Of a stretch of 64,000 bases of DNA, positions 19,401-29,391 are shown in pieces. The notes below the pieces were generated by a model. It was not told the origin of the DNA. It searched no databases and was given only the letters and a program-made list of their open reading frames with translations. The translations under genes were made by a program, and so were the position numbers. Each line of letters opens with the position of its first letter. Within the stretch, counting starts at the first letter, position 1. Source of the stretch: a virus; IMG/VR virus record IMGVR_UViG_3300027963_000043, positions 32,001 to 96,000 of that record; one strand, given 5' to 3'.

Positions 19401-22400
19401 AGAGAAATTGGTACAGCATTTGGAAAAACATTAGCACAATTAAAAAAACAAGAAATTACATTACAACAAGCTAATATGAATCTTCAAAAATTAAGCGCTG
19501 ATTATGGACTAGCTGCAAACAGTCAAAATAGATTTAATCAAATTCTTCAAAGCAGAGCAACTAAATATGCAGAGAGCGCAAAAAATGCTGCTCTTGCGCT
19601 AGATAAATCTAAAACAACTTTTGAAGCCATCAGCAAATATGGTTTAGCATTATCTATAGCTTTGCCAATCGCTACTCAAACAGTAAGTCAATTTAATGAA
19701 AAAAATAAAAAAGCACAAGTTGCTTTAGATGCATTTGGTACATTCTTAAGTATTACTGCTGCTGGTGCATTACTTGGAGGGCCTGGAGCAATAGTAGCAG
19801 GAGGAATTGGCGCGGGAATAGCAACTGCTCAGGTTTTCAAAGGAATGAAAGATATTAAACTTGCAGGTCTTGAGCAAGATTTGCAAGTTGTAGTTGATAG
19901 ATATAATGACACTTCAACATCTTTAACTAAAGTTCTACCATTATTAGAAAAATATAAAGAAATTCAATCTTCAAGTTTACCAGATATTCAAAAAACAGAA
20001 GCTTTAGCGGATATTCAAAATCAACTTACTGAAAACTTAAGTAAAGCTGGTCCAGCGATTGTAGAAGGTGTCACACAAGCTTTAGCAAAACAAGACTGGG
20101 CTCAAGCAGCATACAATATAAATAAAGGCGTAACACAAGCTGGAGCAGAAGCAACAAATGAAAGTATAACAACATTATTTAAAAAATTACAAGTAGAAAG
20201 AGAAGTTGCAAAAGGTAATAAAGTTTTAGCTTCGGGAATTGCTAAAGGAGTCACTGGATTAGTAACTTCTTCTGGAAGAAATATTATTCAAGAATTTGCT
20301 AGTAAGCCAGAAAATCTTCCGATATTAGAAAATACATCAAAAGATTTATATAGATTATTAACTGCAAGAGGAAAACTTGAAAAGGGTCAATCTCTAAATA
20401 GAACAATGATGCAAGAAATTGGTTATAACCTTAGCGCAGAAAACCCTGAGCTTCAAAGACAAGTCGCAAAAGATATCGAAGAGACAGATATTTTATTGAA
20501 AACAAATTTACAAAATATTTTAAAAACAATTCAGCCATTGTATCAAGCTACAGAAGAAACTAGAGCTAAATTTGAAGAATTATCTATGCGAGCAAGTGGA
20601 GTAGCGGCGGGCACAGAAGAAGCTGATATAATAATTAAAGATATAAAACAATACATAGATAATACTAGAAAAACAGCACAAAAGGTTGATTATGCTTTAA
20701 AAACAAATGGAATAAAAAGTGTTCAAGAATATATTGCTGCTTTTAAAAATGGTACATTAAATGCAAAAGATGCTCAAAAATATTATAAAGAATTTGTATT
20801 TGCGTATCAAGACCCAATGGATGTTTTAGCTAAAAATCAAGATGCTTTAAATATGAGTGTTCAAACTACATTTTTAGCTCGAAGCAGTCAAGATAAAGTA
20901 ATAGAGCAATTAACAGTAGAAGAAGATAAACTAAGACAAAAACTAACAAATAGACAAATAACAGAAGACCAATATAATAAAGCTCTTGAAGGATTAAAAG
21001 ATAAAATAATTCTTGAACAAAGAAAGCAAGGAACAATTTTTGCCGAAGACTTTAGAAATGGAAGACAGCAAGCTAGAGAAGCAAATGCGTTAGCTAATGA
21101 AACAAAATTATCAGATTTTGCTGGAGCATTTTTTGATGAATTTGATAATACTACTGCAGATTCATTTAGGCAAATTCAATTAGGAGCGAAAGATACTGCG
21201 AATACAATTAAAAGTGAATTTAATAACGCCTTTTTATCTTTTGCTAATGGAACAGCTACAGCTAGTGATGCTTTCACAAAAATGGCTCTTAATATTAGTG
21301 ACAAAATACAACAATTAGCTCTAGAATGGAGTACTAATCAAGTTTTTGGCGCACTTTTTGGTACTACTAGTAATGTAGTTGGTAAAATAGGTGGAGGTGG
21401 TGGAGGTATTGGAGACTTTTTTAGTTCTTTGTTAAAATCAAAAGGTGGAATTATTAAAGGTTATTCCACAGGAGGACATGTTCTTGGCGGATCAGGAAAT
21501 AAAGATGATGTTCCAGCTATGTTAAGCGGTGGAGAATATGTTATAAGAAAAAATGCTGTTAAAAAATATGGTACAGAATATTTACAAATGTTAAATCAAG
21601 GAAAAGTCAAAGAAAAAGAAGGTGGTGGTTTTATGGGTATTGGTAATATTTTTCAAACTGCTGCTACTGCAATCGTAGGCGCTGTAACAACAAAAGTGAC
21701 TGGAGGAGCTAGTTTTCCTGGAGGAGCTGGTGGCGGAACAGCGTCATTCAACAAAGGTCCATCTAACACAGATCCATATAAAAGAAAAGATGATTCGGTT
21801 TATTTTAGAAACGGAGGAAGAGTTCAGAGATTTGCTTCTGGTGGAGAGGCTTCTTACCTTGGGACAAATGTTTATAGATATAATGACCCATTATATCCAA
21901 CGCAAGGAGAAAATGTTATAAGCCCCAATTTAAGTTTAAGAGCTGTGACTGATCCCAATAATCCTCAAAATAAAATAAGACAAGATAGAGAAATGGCATT
22001 ATATGATTACTTAAATTATGTAGAAGGAGTTAGATTAGAGAATGAAAGAGCTCTTAAAGAAAATATAGCTCTAAATAAAAAAATTCGAGATGAATATAAT
22101 CAGCAACAAAACGCAAAAAGTAGAGGCGCATGGATGAGTTTTGGTTTTAGCGTTTTAGGAGCAGGAGCCAATCAATTTTCATCAATGGGCGGATTTGGAG
22201 GATTAGGTTCATCAGCATCAAAATATGGAGCATCAGCAGTTTTAGGGCCTGGATCTGCTGCAAGACAAAATTATGCTAATAATGCGCCATTTCGTTATAG
22301 CACCCCAACTCCAAGGGCAAATGGAGGATATATTAGGGGTTTTGCTAATGGTGGTTCTAGTGGTAAAGACGATATTCCAGCACTTTTAATGGGTGGTGAA

Positions 22401-22736
22401 TTTGTGATGAGAAAAGAAGCCGTTAATATGTATGGTAAGAAGTTTCTTGATGATATTAATTCTGGAAGAGCTAGAAAATTTGCTGAAGGTGGTGTGGCTG
22501 GAAGCAATTCACCCGAATCATCTTCTAATAATTATTCTCCAACTAATAATGTAAATATAGTTGTAAATTTAAATCAAAATAAAACAGAATCAGAACAAAA
22601 TACTTCCAAAACAGATAATAAAACAGAAGTAGATTTAGAAAATCAAAAAGCAAAACAATTAGCTGCAAAGATAAAAAATGAAGTAATGAAAGTTATTAAC
22701 GAACAGCAAAGACCTGGTGGTTTATTGAGAAGATAA
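16494..22736 (+). CDS. Tail tape measure protein
   Basis: 2080 aa, Ala/Gln-rich helical. TP901-type core (ELSRQGLG...ANVDAAFAVSSGDLAEAI...GNSLKTIFTRI) and C-terminal GG...DDVPAMLSGGEYV motifs. Confidence 0.92.
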   Translation: MARTSATISVGADTRQLERDIQSALSRDFKFKGFNEKAFTQPLGRITGAANEFQKSLDASNARVIAFGASAGLIYTVEKAFTSLVKSTIDVQKSLTDINVILNVSTKTLDQFGNSLFDIAKNTGQTFDVVAQAATELSRQGLGLEETLKRTQDALILTRLSGLDTVSAVEALTATINSFNKAGLDSTVIINKLANVDAAFAVSSGDLAEAIKRVGSSASDAGVDFDQLLAIVTSVQQTTARGGAVIGNSLKTIFTRIQRTDTLDQLEQIGIKVRDLEGNTLPAIQVLSNLSNTFNQLGDSQRAQVAETVGGVFQINILRAALADLGKEYSVYDRALQTASNSTDQAIQRNEALNQTLSALINQTFQNLTKLSASVGQISLGPTFKGTLELLNKGLESLSTDSETVGGKIGKGILEGIGTFISGPGVILLTAVFGKLLLNLGKFASQSLQTLLNINSQAEQRIQIQAKINEVLAQEPGLVAAIYSKQISVLELENRILDVIKLQTLERERAASLSTAIAGNLATRGVTSKGGSLKAKSGGFIPNFSAQEIYGALAGGYMPGNIQKMNIPGQGNITYNGAETVKNFPGMTQPAIMPPQGSKAGKNYQKEFSKTHGFNPYANNGFIPNFASYNINGKGYRNKNALASAINRGEVSAADAKLAGYISSEEEKALKAKEKSNNPFYKSSSTLLTLRREGVTDGYTFKPKGKPPLQVKFPVAAFNPQSTGFKLDTLKENLSSVIDKSIKQFAEEIYATKKISPPIDLPSTVEAAKQKSEGLAGAVEGTIGGIFEAAFRASFGKSVKATKGGGFDVASIPKDLPLFFNAPGSTPPAVGVKGDFKNSDSGGNRESMAIKILKAEKPDLLNYITKKNAALGFIPNFTALDNAIGREVAAGTSTSRIRIGKDSRLTSSANPLGLGVYNTKDEPRGLGQGIQRYGSKAKMAGAAAGFIPNFAGLSYNPGGLGALDPAVANREIGTAFGKTLAQLKKQEITLQQANMNLQKLSADYGLAANSQNRFNQILQSRATKYAESAKNAALALDKSKTTFEAISKYGLALSIALPIATQTVSQFNEKNKKAQVALDAFGTFLSITAAGALLGGPGAIVAGGIGAGIATAQVFKGMKDIKLAGLEQDLQVVVDRYNDTSTSLTKVLPLLEKYKEIQSSSLPDIQKTEALADIQNQLTENLSKAGPAIVEGVTQALAKQDWAQAAYNINKGVTQAGAEATNESITTLFKKLQVEREVAKGNKVLASGIAKGVTGLVTSSGRNIIQEFASKPENLPILENTSKDLYRLLTARGKLEKGQSLNRTMMQEIGYNLSAENPELQRQVAKDIEETDILLKTNLQNILKTIQPLYQATEETRAKFEELSMRASGVAAGTEEADIIIKDIKQYIDNTRKTAQKVDYALKTNGIKSVQEYIAAFKNGTLNAKDAQKYYKEFVFAYQDPMDVLAKNQDALNMSVQTTFLARSSQDKVIEQLTVEEDKLRQKLTNRQITEDQYNKALEGLKDKIILEQRKQGTIFAEDFRNGRQQAREANALANETKLSDFAGAFFDEFDNTTADSFRQIQLGAKDTANTIKSEFNNAFLSFANGTATASDAFTKMALNISDKIQQLALEWSTNQVFGALFGTTSNVVGKIGGGGGGIGDFFSSLLKSKGGIIKGYSTGGHVLGGSGNKDDVPAMLSGGEYVIRKNAVKKYGTEYLQMLNQGKVKEKEGGGFMGIGNIFQTAATAIVGAVTTKVTGGASFPGGAGGGTASFNKGPSNTDPYKRKDDSVYFRNGGRVQRFASGGEASYLGTNVYRYNDPLYPTQGENVISPNLSLRAVTDPNNPQNKIRQDREMALYDYLNYVEGVRLENERALKENIALNKKIRDEYNQQQNAKSRGAWMSFGFSVLGAGANQFSSMGGFGGLGSSASKYGASAVLGPGSAARQNYANNAPFRYSTPTPRANGGYIRGFANGGSSGKDDIPALLMGGEFVMRKEAVNMYGKKFLDDINSGRARKFAEGGVAGSNSPESSSNNYSPTNNVNIVVNLNQNKTESEQNTSKTDNKTEVDLENQKAKQLAAKIKNEVMKVINEQQRPGGLLRR

Positions 22737-22737
22737 T

Positions 22738-24159
22738 TTATAGTATTAACTTTGCAGAAAAGTTAATTAAATCTTTATCTGATATAATTTGTGATTTATT
22801 TATAGAAGTATTTTCATTTAAATATTCATTTAAATTGCTTAAATCATAAGAATATTTAAACAATAAAGTAATATAATCTTTTTCATCAATATTTGTTTTA
22901 TATTTTTCAATATATTTAAGATTATTGCTAGTTTCTATATAAAGCTTTTCATTACTATAAAAAGAGGTTATAAATTCAATATAAATATTGCAAGTATTAT
23001 CGTTTTCTTCGATTTCAATGATTTTGCCTTGAACTATGCCTTGATTTTGTAGATAATCTAGGTCAAGAACAACATCTTCATAAGAAGCCATATCTTTACC
23101 ATAAAAGCCTAAATATCCCTTTTGCAGGTTGTAATTATTATCGAGCACATCATCTGTATTTAAATCATTAGATAAACATATAGTTTTATTGATTTGATCT
23201 TTATTTAATAATGGGAAATAGCTATTAAATAGCATATCATTAATTGATAAATCTGAAATTAAACTATTTGAATTTAAACTTTGATTATTAAATAAATATA
23301 AGTAATTTTGATAGAATATTACAGTGTCATTATTCGTAGCTTGTTTATATATTTTTCCAATATTAAAAGTTTGATTAGGAAAATATTCCTCATATAAATT
23401 ATTAATATCTTCTTCTGATTCTCTTGATTTTAAAAAATTATATAATTCAGATTGAACGTAATTAAGTGGAATAACTTTAATATTTAAATTTTCAGATATC
23501 TCAACGATATCGCTTTCAATAAAAGGTATAGTTAATAAAGCTGTTGATTCATTTACATCTAACCATTTTTCTTGTATATTTTCTGTAAATAAATTAGATA
23601 GACTTTTGTTTTTAATAAGTTTATTAGAAGCTTTGCCTAGAATTAAAAAAGAATATATTTCTTTTTCTTTAAAATATTTTTTATCTATTAAAATTTTAAC
23701 ATTAATATAATCTGAACTACGATAAATTTTTTTAAAAAGACTATTTTTATCTAGATTTTCTATTTCTTCATATTGAGCTTTCATTTCGAAATCTCCTTTT
23801 CCATCTGAATTATAATCGACGTAAAAAAGTATTTCTTTAAAAAATCCTAATTTATTATTTAATTCTTTATATTTTAGATAATTTGTTTGAAAATCAAATT
23901 TGAATATACTTTTAGCTTTGTTTTGATTGATTATTGCTTCGTATTTAGGTTTTCTGCAATAAATTTCATCATGAATAAACCATGTGGTCTCTGTAATTGG
24001 TTCATATGATTTAAAATTTAAAATTTCTTGTAATAGTTCGCCTTTAGTATTTTCTACGTAAATATTAAATGATGGAAATTCTAATGAAGTTTCAAAGAAA
24101 CCTGGTATGTTTCTTATAGTTTCCCATTCTAATGTTAAATTTAAATTTTTAACTTTCAT
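22738..24159 (-). CDS. Hypothetical protein, last gene of the tail-tip operon
   Basis: 473-aa ORF starting 2 nt after the J stop; very AT-rich; no recognisable motif. Confidence 0.6.
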   Translation of the reverse strand: MKVKNLNLTLEWETIRNIPGFFETSLEFPSFNIYVENTKGELLQEILNFKSYEPITETTWFIHDEIYCRKPKYEAIINQNKAKSIFKFDFQTNYLKYKELNNKLGFFKEILFYVDYNSDGKGDFEMKAQYEEIENLDKNSLFKKIYRSSDYINVKILIDKKYFKEKEIYSFLILGKASNKLIKNKSLSNLFTENIQEKWLDVNESTALLTIPFIESDIVEISENLNIKVIPLNYVQSELYNFLKSRESEEDINNLYEEYFPNQTFNIGKIYKQATNNDTVIFYQNYLYLFNNQSLNSNSLISDLSINDMLFNSYFPLLNKDQINKTICLSNDLNTDDVLDNNYNLQKGYLGFYGKDMASYEDVVLDLDYLQNQGIVQGKIIEIEENDNTCNIYIEFITSFYSNEKLYIETSNNLKYIEKYKTNIDEKDYITLLFKYSYDLSNLNEYLNENTSINKSQIISDKDLINFSAKLIL

Positions 24160-24161
24160 TG

Positions 24162-27100
24162 TTAGTATAAATTTCTACCAGAAGATATTACAGAAAATAC
24201 ATTAGCTTGAGTAGCAAAATTTATTGTTGCATCTGTTGGCGTTGAAAGTTCTCCTATTTTATTAACTGCATAGGCTCTAAAATAGTAATTTCCTATTCCA
24301 GTTGGAGTAACAAAAGGATGTATGAATCCAACTGAATAATCTATAGTGGATTTTATATTTTGAGAAGATAAAGTATCGATTAAATAACTCTCTTCTGGAG
24401 CTGTACTTGTAAATGTATTGAGATATTTTAAATATATTTTATAATAATCTGAACTTTTGGCAGAGGAGCTAGGTTGAACATTATACATTATACTATTAAT
24501 GCCTCCTTGATTAGTAGAATACGGAGTTGATCCAGCTGCACCCACTAAATATGCTCCAGGATCTGTTACATTATCTGGAGCTCTATAAAGAGTTGATAAA
24601 CTTAATGTTGGAGATGAAGGTGGAGTAGATCTAGAATACGAATCTGGTAAAGAAATTTTCATTTTATCTATATCATCATATTTATTAGGATTATATTGTA
24701 GACCATTAATTTTAAAAATATTTGAATCTGTTTCTGATATACTAATGATTCTATATAATGTAGGTTTATTTAAATACGACTCTAGATAATATCCAGGATA
24801 TTTATTTGCAAGTGGATTATTTATTTTTGATTGAGTATTAACTCCTGCTTCTAAATATCCAGTAGTGCTTACGTCGATGCTCCAAATTGCATTTTTAGGT
24901 AATGGGCTTAAATTATCATTCAAGGGAAAAGTTCCATAATTAGCATTTATTGATGCTCCATTACTATAGAAAGATGAATCAAAATAAAAATATTGATTTT
25001 TATTTTTTACAGGAGTAGCTCTCATAATAACGTTATCTTTTAAATAAGTTATCCATTCTCCATCATAATTAATTCTTAATTTTGTTGAAGTAGTATAACT
25101 TCCCAAGTTAGTTATAATTTGCGCATTACTTTCCCAAATTTGAAGTGTACCATTATTTACAAAATACCAAGCATAATCTAAACTAGTATAACTTTCATCT
25201 GTTGTTTGATCAGTATTTAAACCAAACATAACGTATTTGTCTGTAAAGTTTGAAGTCGCTTCAGCAAACATATTTTTACTATATGCTAACGAAGAATAAG
25301 CGTGTTTGTTCCAACCATCGGCTACAGTTTTTGTAAATACGTTTCCTACTCTCGTCATACCTACCGAGCTTATATTTTCAGGAATATTAGTTATATATGG
25401 AAAATTGATTCTTATATTGTTGCTATATATTCCAGATCCACTTGTTAAATAATTTTTAGGATTATCTATAGTAACATATTGTAATTGACTTTTTCTGAGG
25501 AATGAGCTATTTAGTCCAGAAACTCCAGAAGATATTGCGCTATAACCAGTGGCATAAAGATCTCCTAATTGTGTTCCAAAATTAAAATTATAAGTTGGAG
25601 TTAATACATTAAATACAAGTGAATTATTAACATTTGCTCCTGTAATTGGATATGTATTTTCATAATTATAAGGTAAATCTAATATTGCGTATCCAGTAGT
25701 TAATTCTAACGTTCTTCCTGCATAAGCAAGACTTCTTCTATTTTGATCATATACAGATATAACGTCTCCAGGTTTTAAAAAGTTTCCTTCTATTCCAGCA
25801 TCAAATTCAATAATTTCTGTTTCAAAATTTTCTGTAGTGATAAGCCATTTACCAAGTCTTCTTGCTTGATTTTTACTTGTACATCCGAAAGCGGAAATTT
25901 CTGTTTCTCTAATTCCATATTTCATAAGAGCATCTTTTTGCTCTACAACTTCAATAGCTGGTTTGTAATTATCTTTCATATCATTGTATCTAACGATTGC
26001 TACTGTTTTTCTTGATTTTTTGGAAGAATCTGAATAGTTAAAATTTCCGTTTAATATATTACTATTATTGAATGAGTAAATTGGATCTTTTTTTGAATCT
26101 TGAGCAACACTAATTTGTCCAGCAGAATAATATAATATTCCTCTAAAAATACTAGCCATGTCATTTAAAACTTTATAAGCTTCTTGCTTAGTAGTTATAT
26201 ATACGTTACAAGAAAATCTTGGCTCTAAACCTCCGCTGCCATCATCAACTAATTCATCACAATATTGACCAATTTCATATAAAGTCCATTTATCTATTAA
26301 ATCTGAATTTATATATCTTCCTATACCAAAACGATTATTTGATATTAAATCATAAAAGCACCAAGCTGGATTATCAGTCCAAGCTATTTTGAATTTCCCA
26401 TTCCAAGGGCCAGAGTAATTTTTTGTAATTGGATCATAATTTACTGGAACTTTTACTTTTAATAATCTAACTTTATAACTTCTTGATGGCACACTAGAGA
26501 AATATCTTGCGTCAAATTTAGAATATATTAAAGCAGAATCTGGATAAACGAATCTATCGCTATAAACTTCTGTTATAGAATCTACTGTAGCTGAAGTACT
26601 AAATCCTGGACCAATACTTTCTTTAACTTCTTTAACAACATCTACAGCCCATCCTATTTGATTTGGAAGAATTTCGAATGATGGTGAATTTTCCGCATAA
26701 GGTCTTATAGCAAATTCATAAGTAAAAACAACTGGACTATTAGCTACTTTTCCAAATATAGAAACTTGATCTTTTGAATAAAAATCTTTTGTATAGGGAC
26801 TGTATTTAGAAGTATTTAATAGATCAACTTGTCCATCTTTAAATACTCTATATAAATAAAATCTAATATTGAAATTCTGTTTTTCTACATCTCCAGCGTT
26901 AATCCCAGTTAGAATGTTTTCATATAATCCATTTATTTTAATATTTATTTTAATTGAAGAAATATCAGTATTGTATACATAATATGTTTTAGGATTTAAT
27001 ATATATTTTGAACCAGAAACGAGATAATAGCCATATAGATTATCTCCTTTTTGAGATGTCAGACATGTTTGTAATGGATACTTATTTCGATCAACTTGTC

Positions 27101-27854
27101 TTCCAAAATAATCTCTTCTTTCTTCGTAAAGATTTAAATATGGATTATAAATTGTATGCTCATTTCCTTTATCTCCATAGGTATATTTATAATCTGTAAA
27201 TTGAAAATTATAATAACCTGCAAAATCTACTATTGGAACATCATCCCAATATATAGATCTCGCTTCTCTTGGAGCATTATCAATTGAGTATGGACTAAAA
27301 GAAGCGCTAGAATATCCAATATCTCCAGTAGTTTTAGTATCAAAAGTATAAGTATAAATTCCAGATACTAATCCTTCTATAGGGCCTTCAGAAATTAAAT
27401 CTAATACTCCTAATTGTGATACAGTATTAAAAGCTCTAGTATTTTTAAATCTTTCTGTTAAAAAAGTTCCATTATCTTGTCTAGTTGATCCTATTTCAAC
27501 GTTATTATCATGACTTACGCCATAAATTATTCTTAAATTGGGAGTTTCAGGAAACGCAAGATATGGTACTTGAGAATTAAAAGTTTGGTATGTCGCTCCA
27601 GTCATCATTGCCAATGGAGTGTATCTAGCTAAAAATCCACTTGGTCCTCTGTAAAATCCTCTAAGTGGCTGTCCAGCAGTAATTGTAGAATCAGGAAGTC
27701 TACTTCCACTAAAAGATAAAGATAAATTTCCAGCACCTCCACCATCATCTTGAGCAGTGCTTTCTGGAAAATTATATCCTGCTGCACCAAAACCAATATT
27801 TCCAGGAAATAAAATATAACTCAAACCATCTGCATATTTATTACTATTTCCCAT
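24162..27854 (-). CDS. Tail tip/host specificity protein, lambda J-like
   Basis: VLDLISEGPIEGL, WTDNPAWCFYDL, EPRFSCN, FGCTSKNQARRLGKW and PGDVISVYD motifs; ends in an FN3-like domain (YYFRAYAVN). Confidence 0.9.
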   Translation of the reverse strand: MGNSNKYADGLSYILFPGNIGFGAAGYNFPESTAQDDGGGAGNLSLSFSGSRLPDSTITAGQPLRGFYRGPSGFLARYTPLAMMTGATYQTFNSQVPYLAFPETPNLRIIYGVSHDNNVEIGSTRQDNGTFLTERFKNTRAFNTVSQLGVLDLISEGPIEGLVSGIYTYTFDTKTTGDIGYSSASFSPYSIDNAPREARSIYWDDVPIVDFAGYYNFQFTDYKYTYGDKGNEHTIYNPYLNLYEERRDYFGRQVDRNKYPLQTCLTSQKGDNLYGYYLVSGSKYILNPKTYYVYNTDISSIKINIKINGLYENILTGINAGDVEKQNFNIRFYLYRVFKDGQVDLLNTSKYSPYTKDFYSKDQVSIFGKVANSPVVFTYEFAIRPYAENSPSFEILPNQIGWAVDVVKEVKESIGPGFSTSATVDSITEVYSDRFVYPDSALIYSKFDARYFSSVPSRSYKVRLLKVKVPVNYDPITKNYSGPWNGKFKIAWTDNPAWCFYDLISNNRFGIGRYINSDLIDKWTLYEIGQYCDELVDDGSGGLEPRFSCNVYITTKQEAYKVLNDMASIFRGILYYSAGQISVAQDSKKDPIYSFNNSNILNGNFNYSDSSKKSRKTVAIVRYNDMKDNYKPAIEVVEQKDALMKYGIRETEISAFGCTSKNQARRLGKWLITTENFETEIIEFDAGIEGNFLKPGDVISVYDQNRRSLAYAGRTLELTTGYAILDLPYNYENTYPITGANVNNSLVFNVLTPTYNFNFGTQLGDLYATGYSAISSGVSGLNSSFLRKSQLQYVTIDNPKNYLTSGSGIYSNNIRINFPYITNIPENISSVGMTRVGNVFTKTVADGWNKHAYSSLAYSKNMFAEATSNFTDKYVMFGLNTDQTTDESYTSLDYAWYFVNNGTLQIWESNAQIITNLGSYTTSTKLRINYDGEWITYLKDNVIMRATPVKNKNQYFYFDSSFYSNGASINANYGTFPLNDNLSPLPKNAIWSIDVSTTGYLEAGVNTQSKINNPLANKYPGYYLESYLNKPTLYRIISISETDSNIFKINGLQYNPNKYDDIDKMKISLPDSYSRSTPPSSPTLSLSTLYRAPDNVTDPGAYLVGAAGSTPYSTNQGGINSIMYNVQPSSSAKSSDYYKIYLKYLNTFTSTAPEESYLIDTLSSQNIKSTIDYSVGFIHPFVTPTGIGNYYFRAYAVNKIGELSTPTDATINFATQANVFSVISSGRNLY

Positions 27855-27858
27855 AAAA

Positions 27859-28650
27859 TTAAAATGGTAAAGATTTCATACTCTCTTGATTTATTAAATA
27901 ACATCTAGAGTTAAAAAGATATTGATCTGATCCTTCATATTTTTGTTGTAAATTTGAGTCATAATAATCACTTTTATAAACTCTATACAAGTAATCATAA
28001 TTTGCAAAAACATTATTTCCACCAATTACAAGTTCTCCATATCCTACTGGCACGGGACCACCTTCACCAACTGTATTTACTGGTCCATTAAAAAGATAAG
28101 ATGTTGGTCCTCCAGATTCTCCTCCTCCGTCAATTGGATTAGCTTGTTGAGCTGTAAATGGAACATTTGGTGGTGGTTTGGATAATAACTGACTTACTCC
28201 AGCAGCAATTAATCCTATTCCAGCTAATCCTATTCCAATTGCTAAAGGTATAAGTGGAGGATATAATACTCCAAGAACTACTGCTGCGCCAACCGTAGCA
28301 CTACCAGCTGCAACTTTAAAATATGGATTATTGAAAAGATCGCTAAAAAAATCATTTCCAGTGATTTTGGGAATAATATCAATTTTTTCAATTTTACCCG
28401 ATACATCTAAATAAAATTCAGAATTACTTAATTCTTCTAGACTATCAAATGTATTTTTTTCAGTAAATAATTTATTATTATCAATTAAAAACTCAAATTC
28501 ATATTCATTCAAATTACTTAAAAGCCACTTTCTTAATTTTTTGGTATTAGCTTCTATAGCTCTTAAAGCTTCTGAGAGATTTGAGACTTCTAGTTCCCAA
28601 GATTCTCCTATATCTTGTCCTAATTTTCCATGTAAATTTACTTTTATCAT
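27859..28650 (-). CDS. Tail assembly protein, lambda I-like
   Basis: MIKVNLHGKLG...ALRAIEAN ubiquitin-like start, hydrophobic middle, YLFNGPVNTVGEGGPVPVGYGEL. Confidence 0.85.
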   Translation of the reverse strand: MIKVNLHGKLGQDIGESWELEVSNLSEALRAIEANTKKLRKWLLSNLNEYEFEFLIDNNKLFTEKNTFDSLEELSNSEFYLDVSGKIEKIDIIPKITGNDFFSDLFNNPYFKVAAGSATVGAAVVLGVLYPPLIPLAIGIGLAGIGLIAAGVSQLLSKPPPNVPFTAQQANPIDGGGESGGPTSYLFNGPVNTVGEGGPVPVGYGELVIGGNNVFANYDYLYRVYKSDYYDSNLQQKYEGSDQYLFNSRCYLINQESMKSLPF

Positions 28651-29390
28651 ACTATTTTCCTATATACACTTTCTGTGTGTTTTTTATAAATATTTGAGTA
28701 TTCATCTATCCTAGAAACAGAATTAATTGGTTGATGTAAAATTTTTTCATCTCCAATATATAAGGCAAAATGTTTTAAAGAATGAAGTTTAATAATTAAA
28801 ACATCATAAATATTTAAATTTTTTTCATTTTTTAACATTTTAAATCCCATTTTTTCCCAAATATTTACAGATAAATTTTCTTCAATAAGTTCTTGTGCGG
28901 TTGTTAAGCATTTATAGTCTTTTTTAATAAAAAGACTCATATTTGTATTAAATTCTTTTTCAAAAAACTCTTTTATTAAAGTAAAGCAATCATATTTTCC
29001 TATTTCAAATGATCTTCCAATATAATTATCTAAATTAATTTTTTTAGATGGATCATAAATTTTAAAAACATCTTTATATGTAGAATATAAAATAATTGGT
29101 ACTCCTAACATTTCTGCGCATTTTATATCTAAATTAGAAAAATCATCATTATCTAAAATAGCATTATGAGAATGATAAATATAACTAATTTTATCTGAAT
29201 CATTTTTAATACTTAAATAAATTGCAGGAGAAATTTCAAAATTATGTTTAGGATTTAAAGATATATTTTTACATTTTTGTGCAAAAAGAATTTTATTTTT
29301 TTGATAAACTACTCCACATGCCTCTCTTTCTTTTTGTTTTTCTTGATGAGCATGTAATCTGATATAATTTTTTATATATTCATTTATCAT
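28647..29390 (-). CDS. Tail assembly protein, lambda K-like (JAB + NlpC/P60)
   Basis: REACG...YHSH...FSNLD JAMM motif; GKYDCFTLI...HFALY...ILHQP NlpC/P60 motif. Start moved to ATG 29390. Confidence 0.88.
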   Translation of the reverse strand: MINEYIKNYIRLHAHQEKQKEREACGVVYQKNKILFAQKCKNISLNPKHNFEISPAIYLSIKNDSDKISYIYHSHNAILDNDDFSNLDIKCAEMLGVPIILYSTYKDVFKIYDPSKKINLDNYIGRSFEIGKYDCFTLIKEFFEKEFNTNMSLFIKKDYKCLTTAQELIEENLSVNIWEKMGFKMLKNEKNLNIYDVLIIKLHSLKHFALYIGDEKILHQPINSVSRIDEYSNIYKKHTESVYRKIV

Positions 29391-29391
29391 A

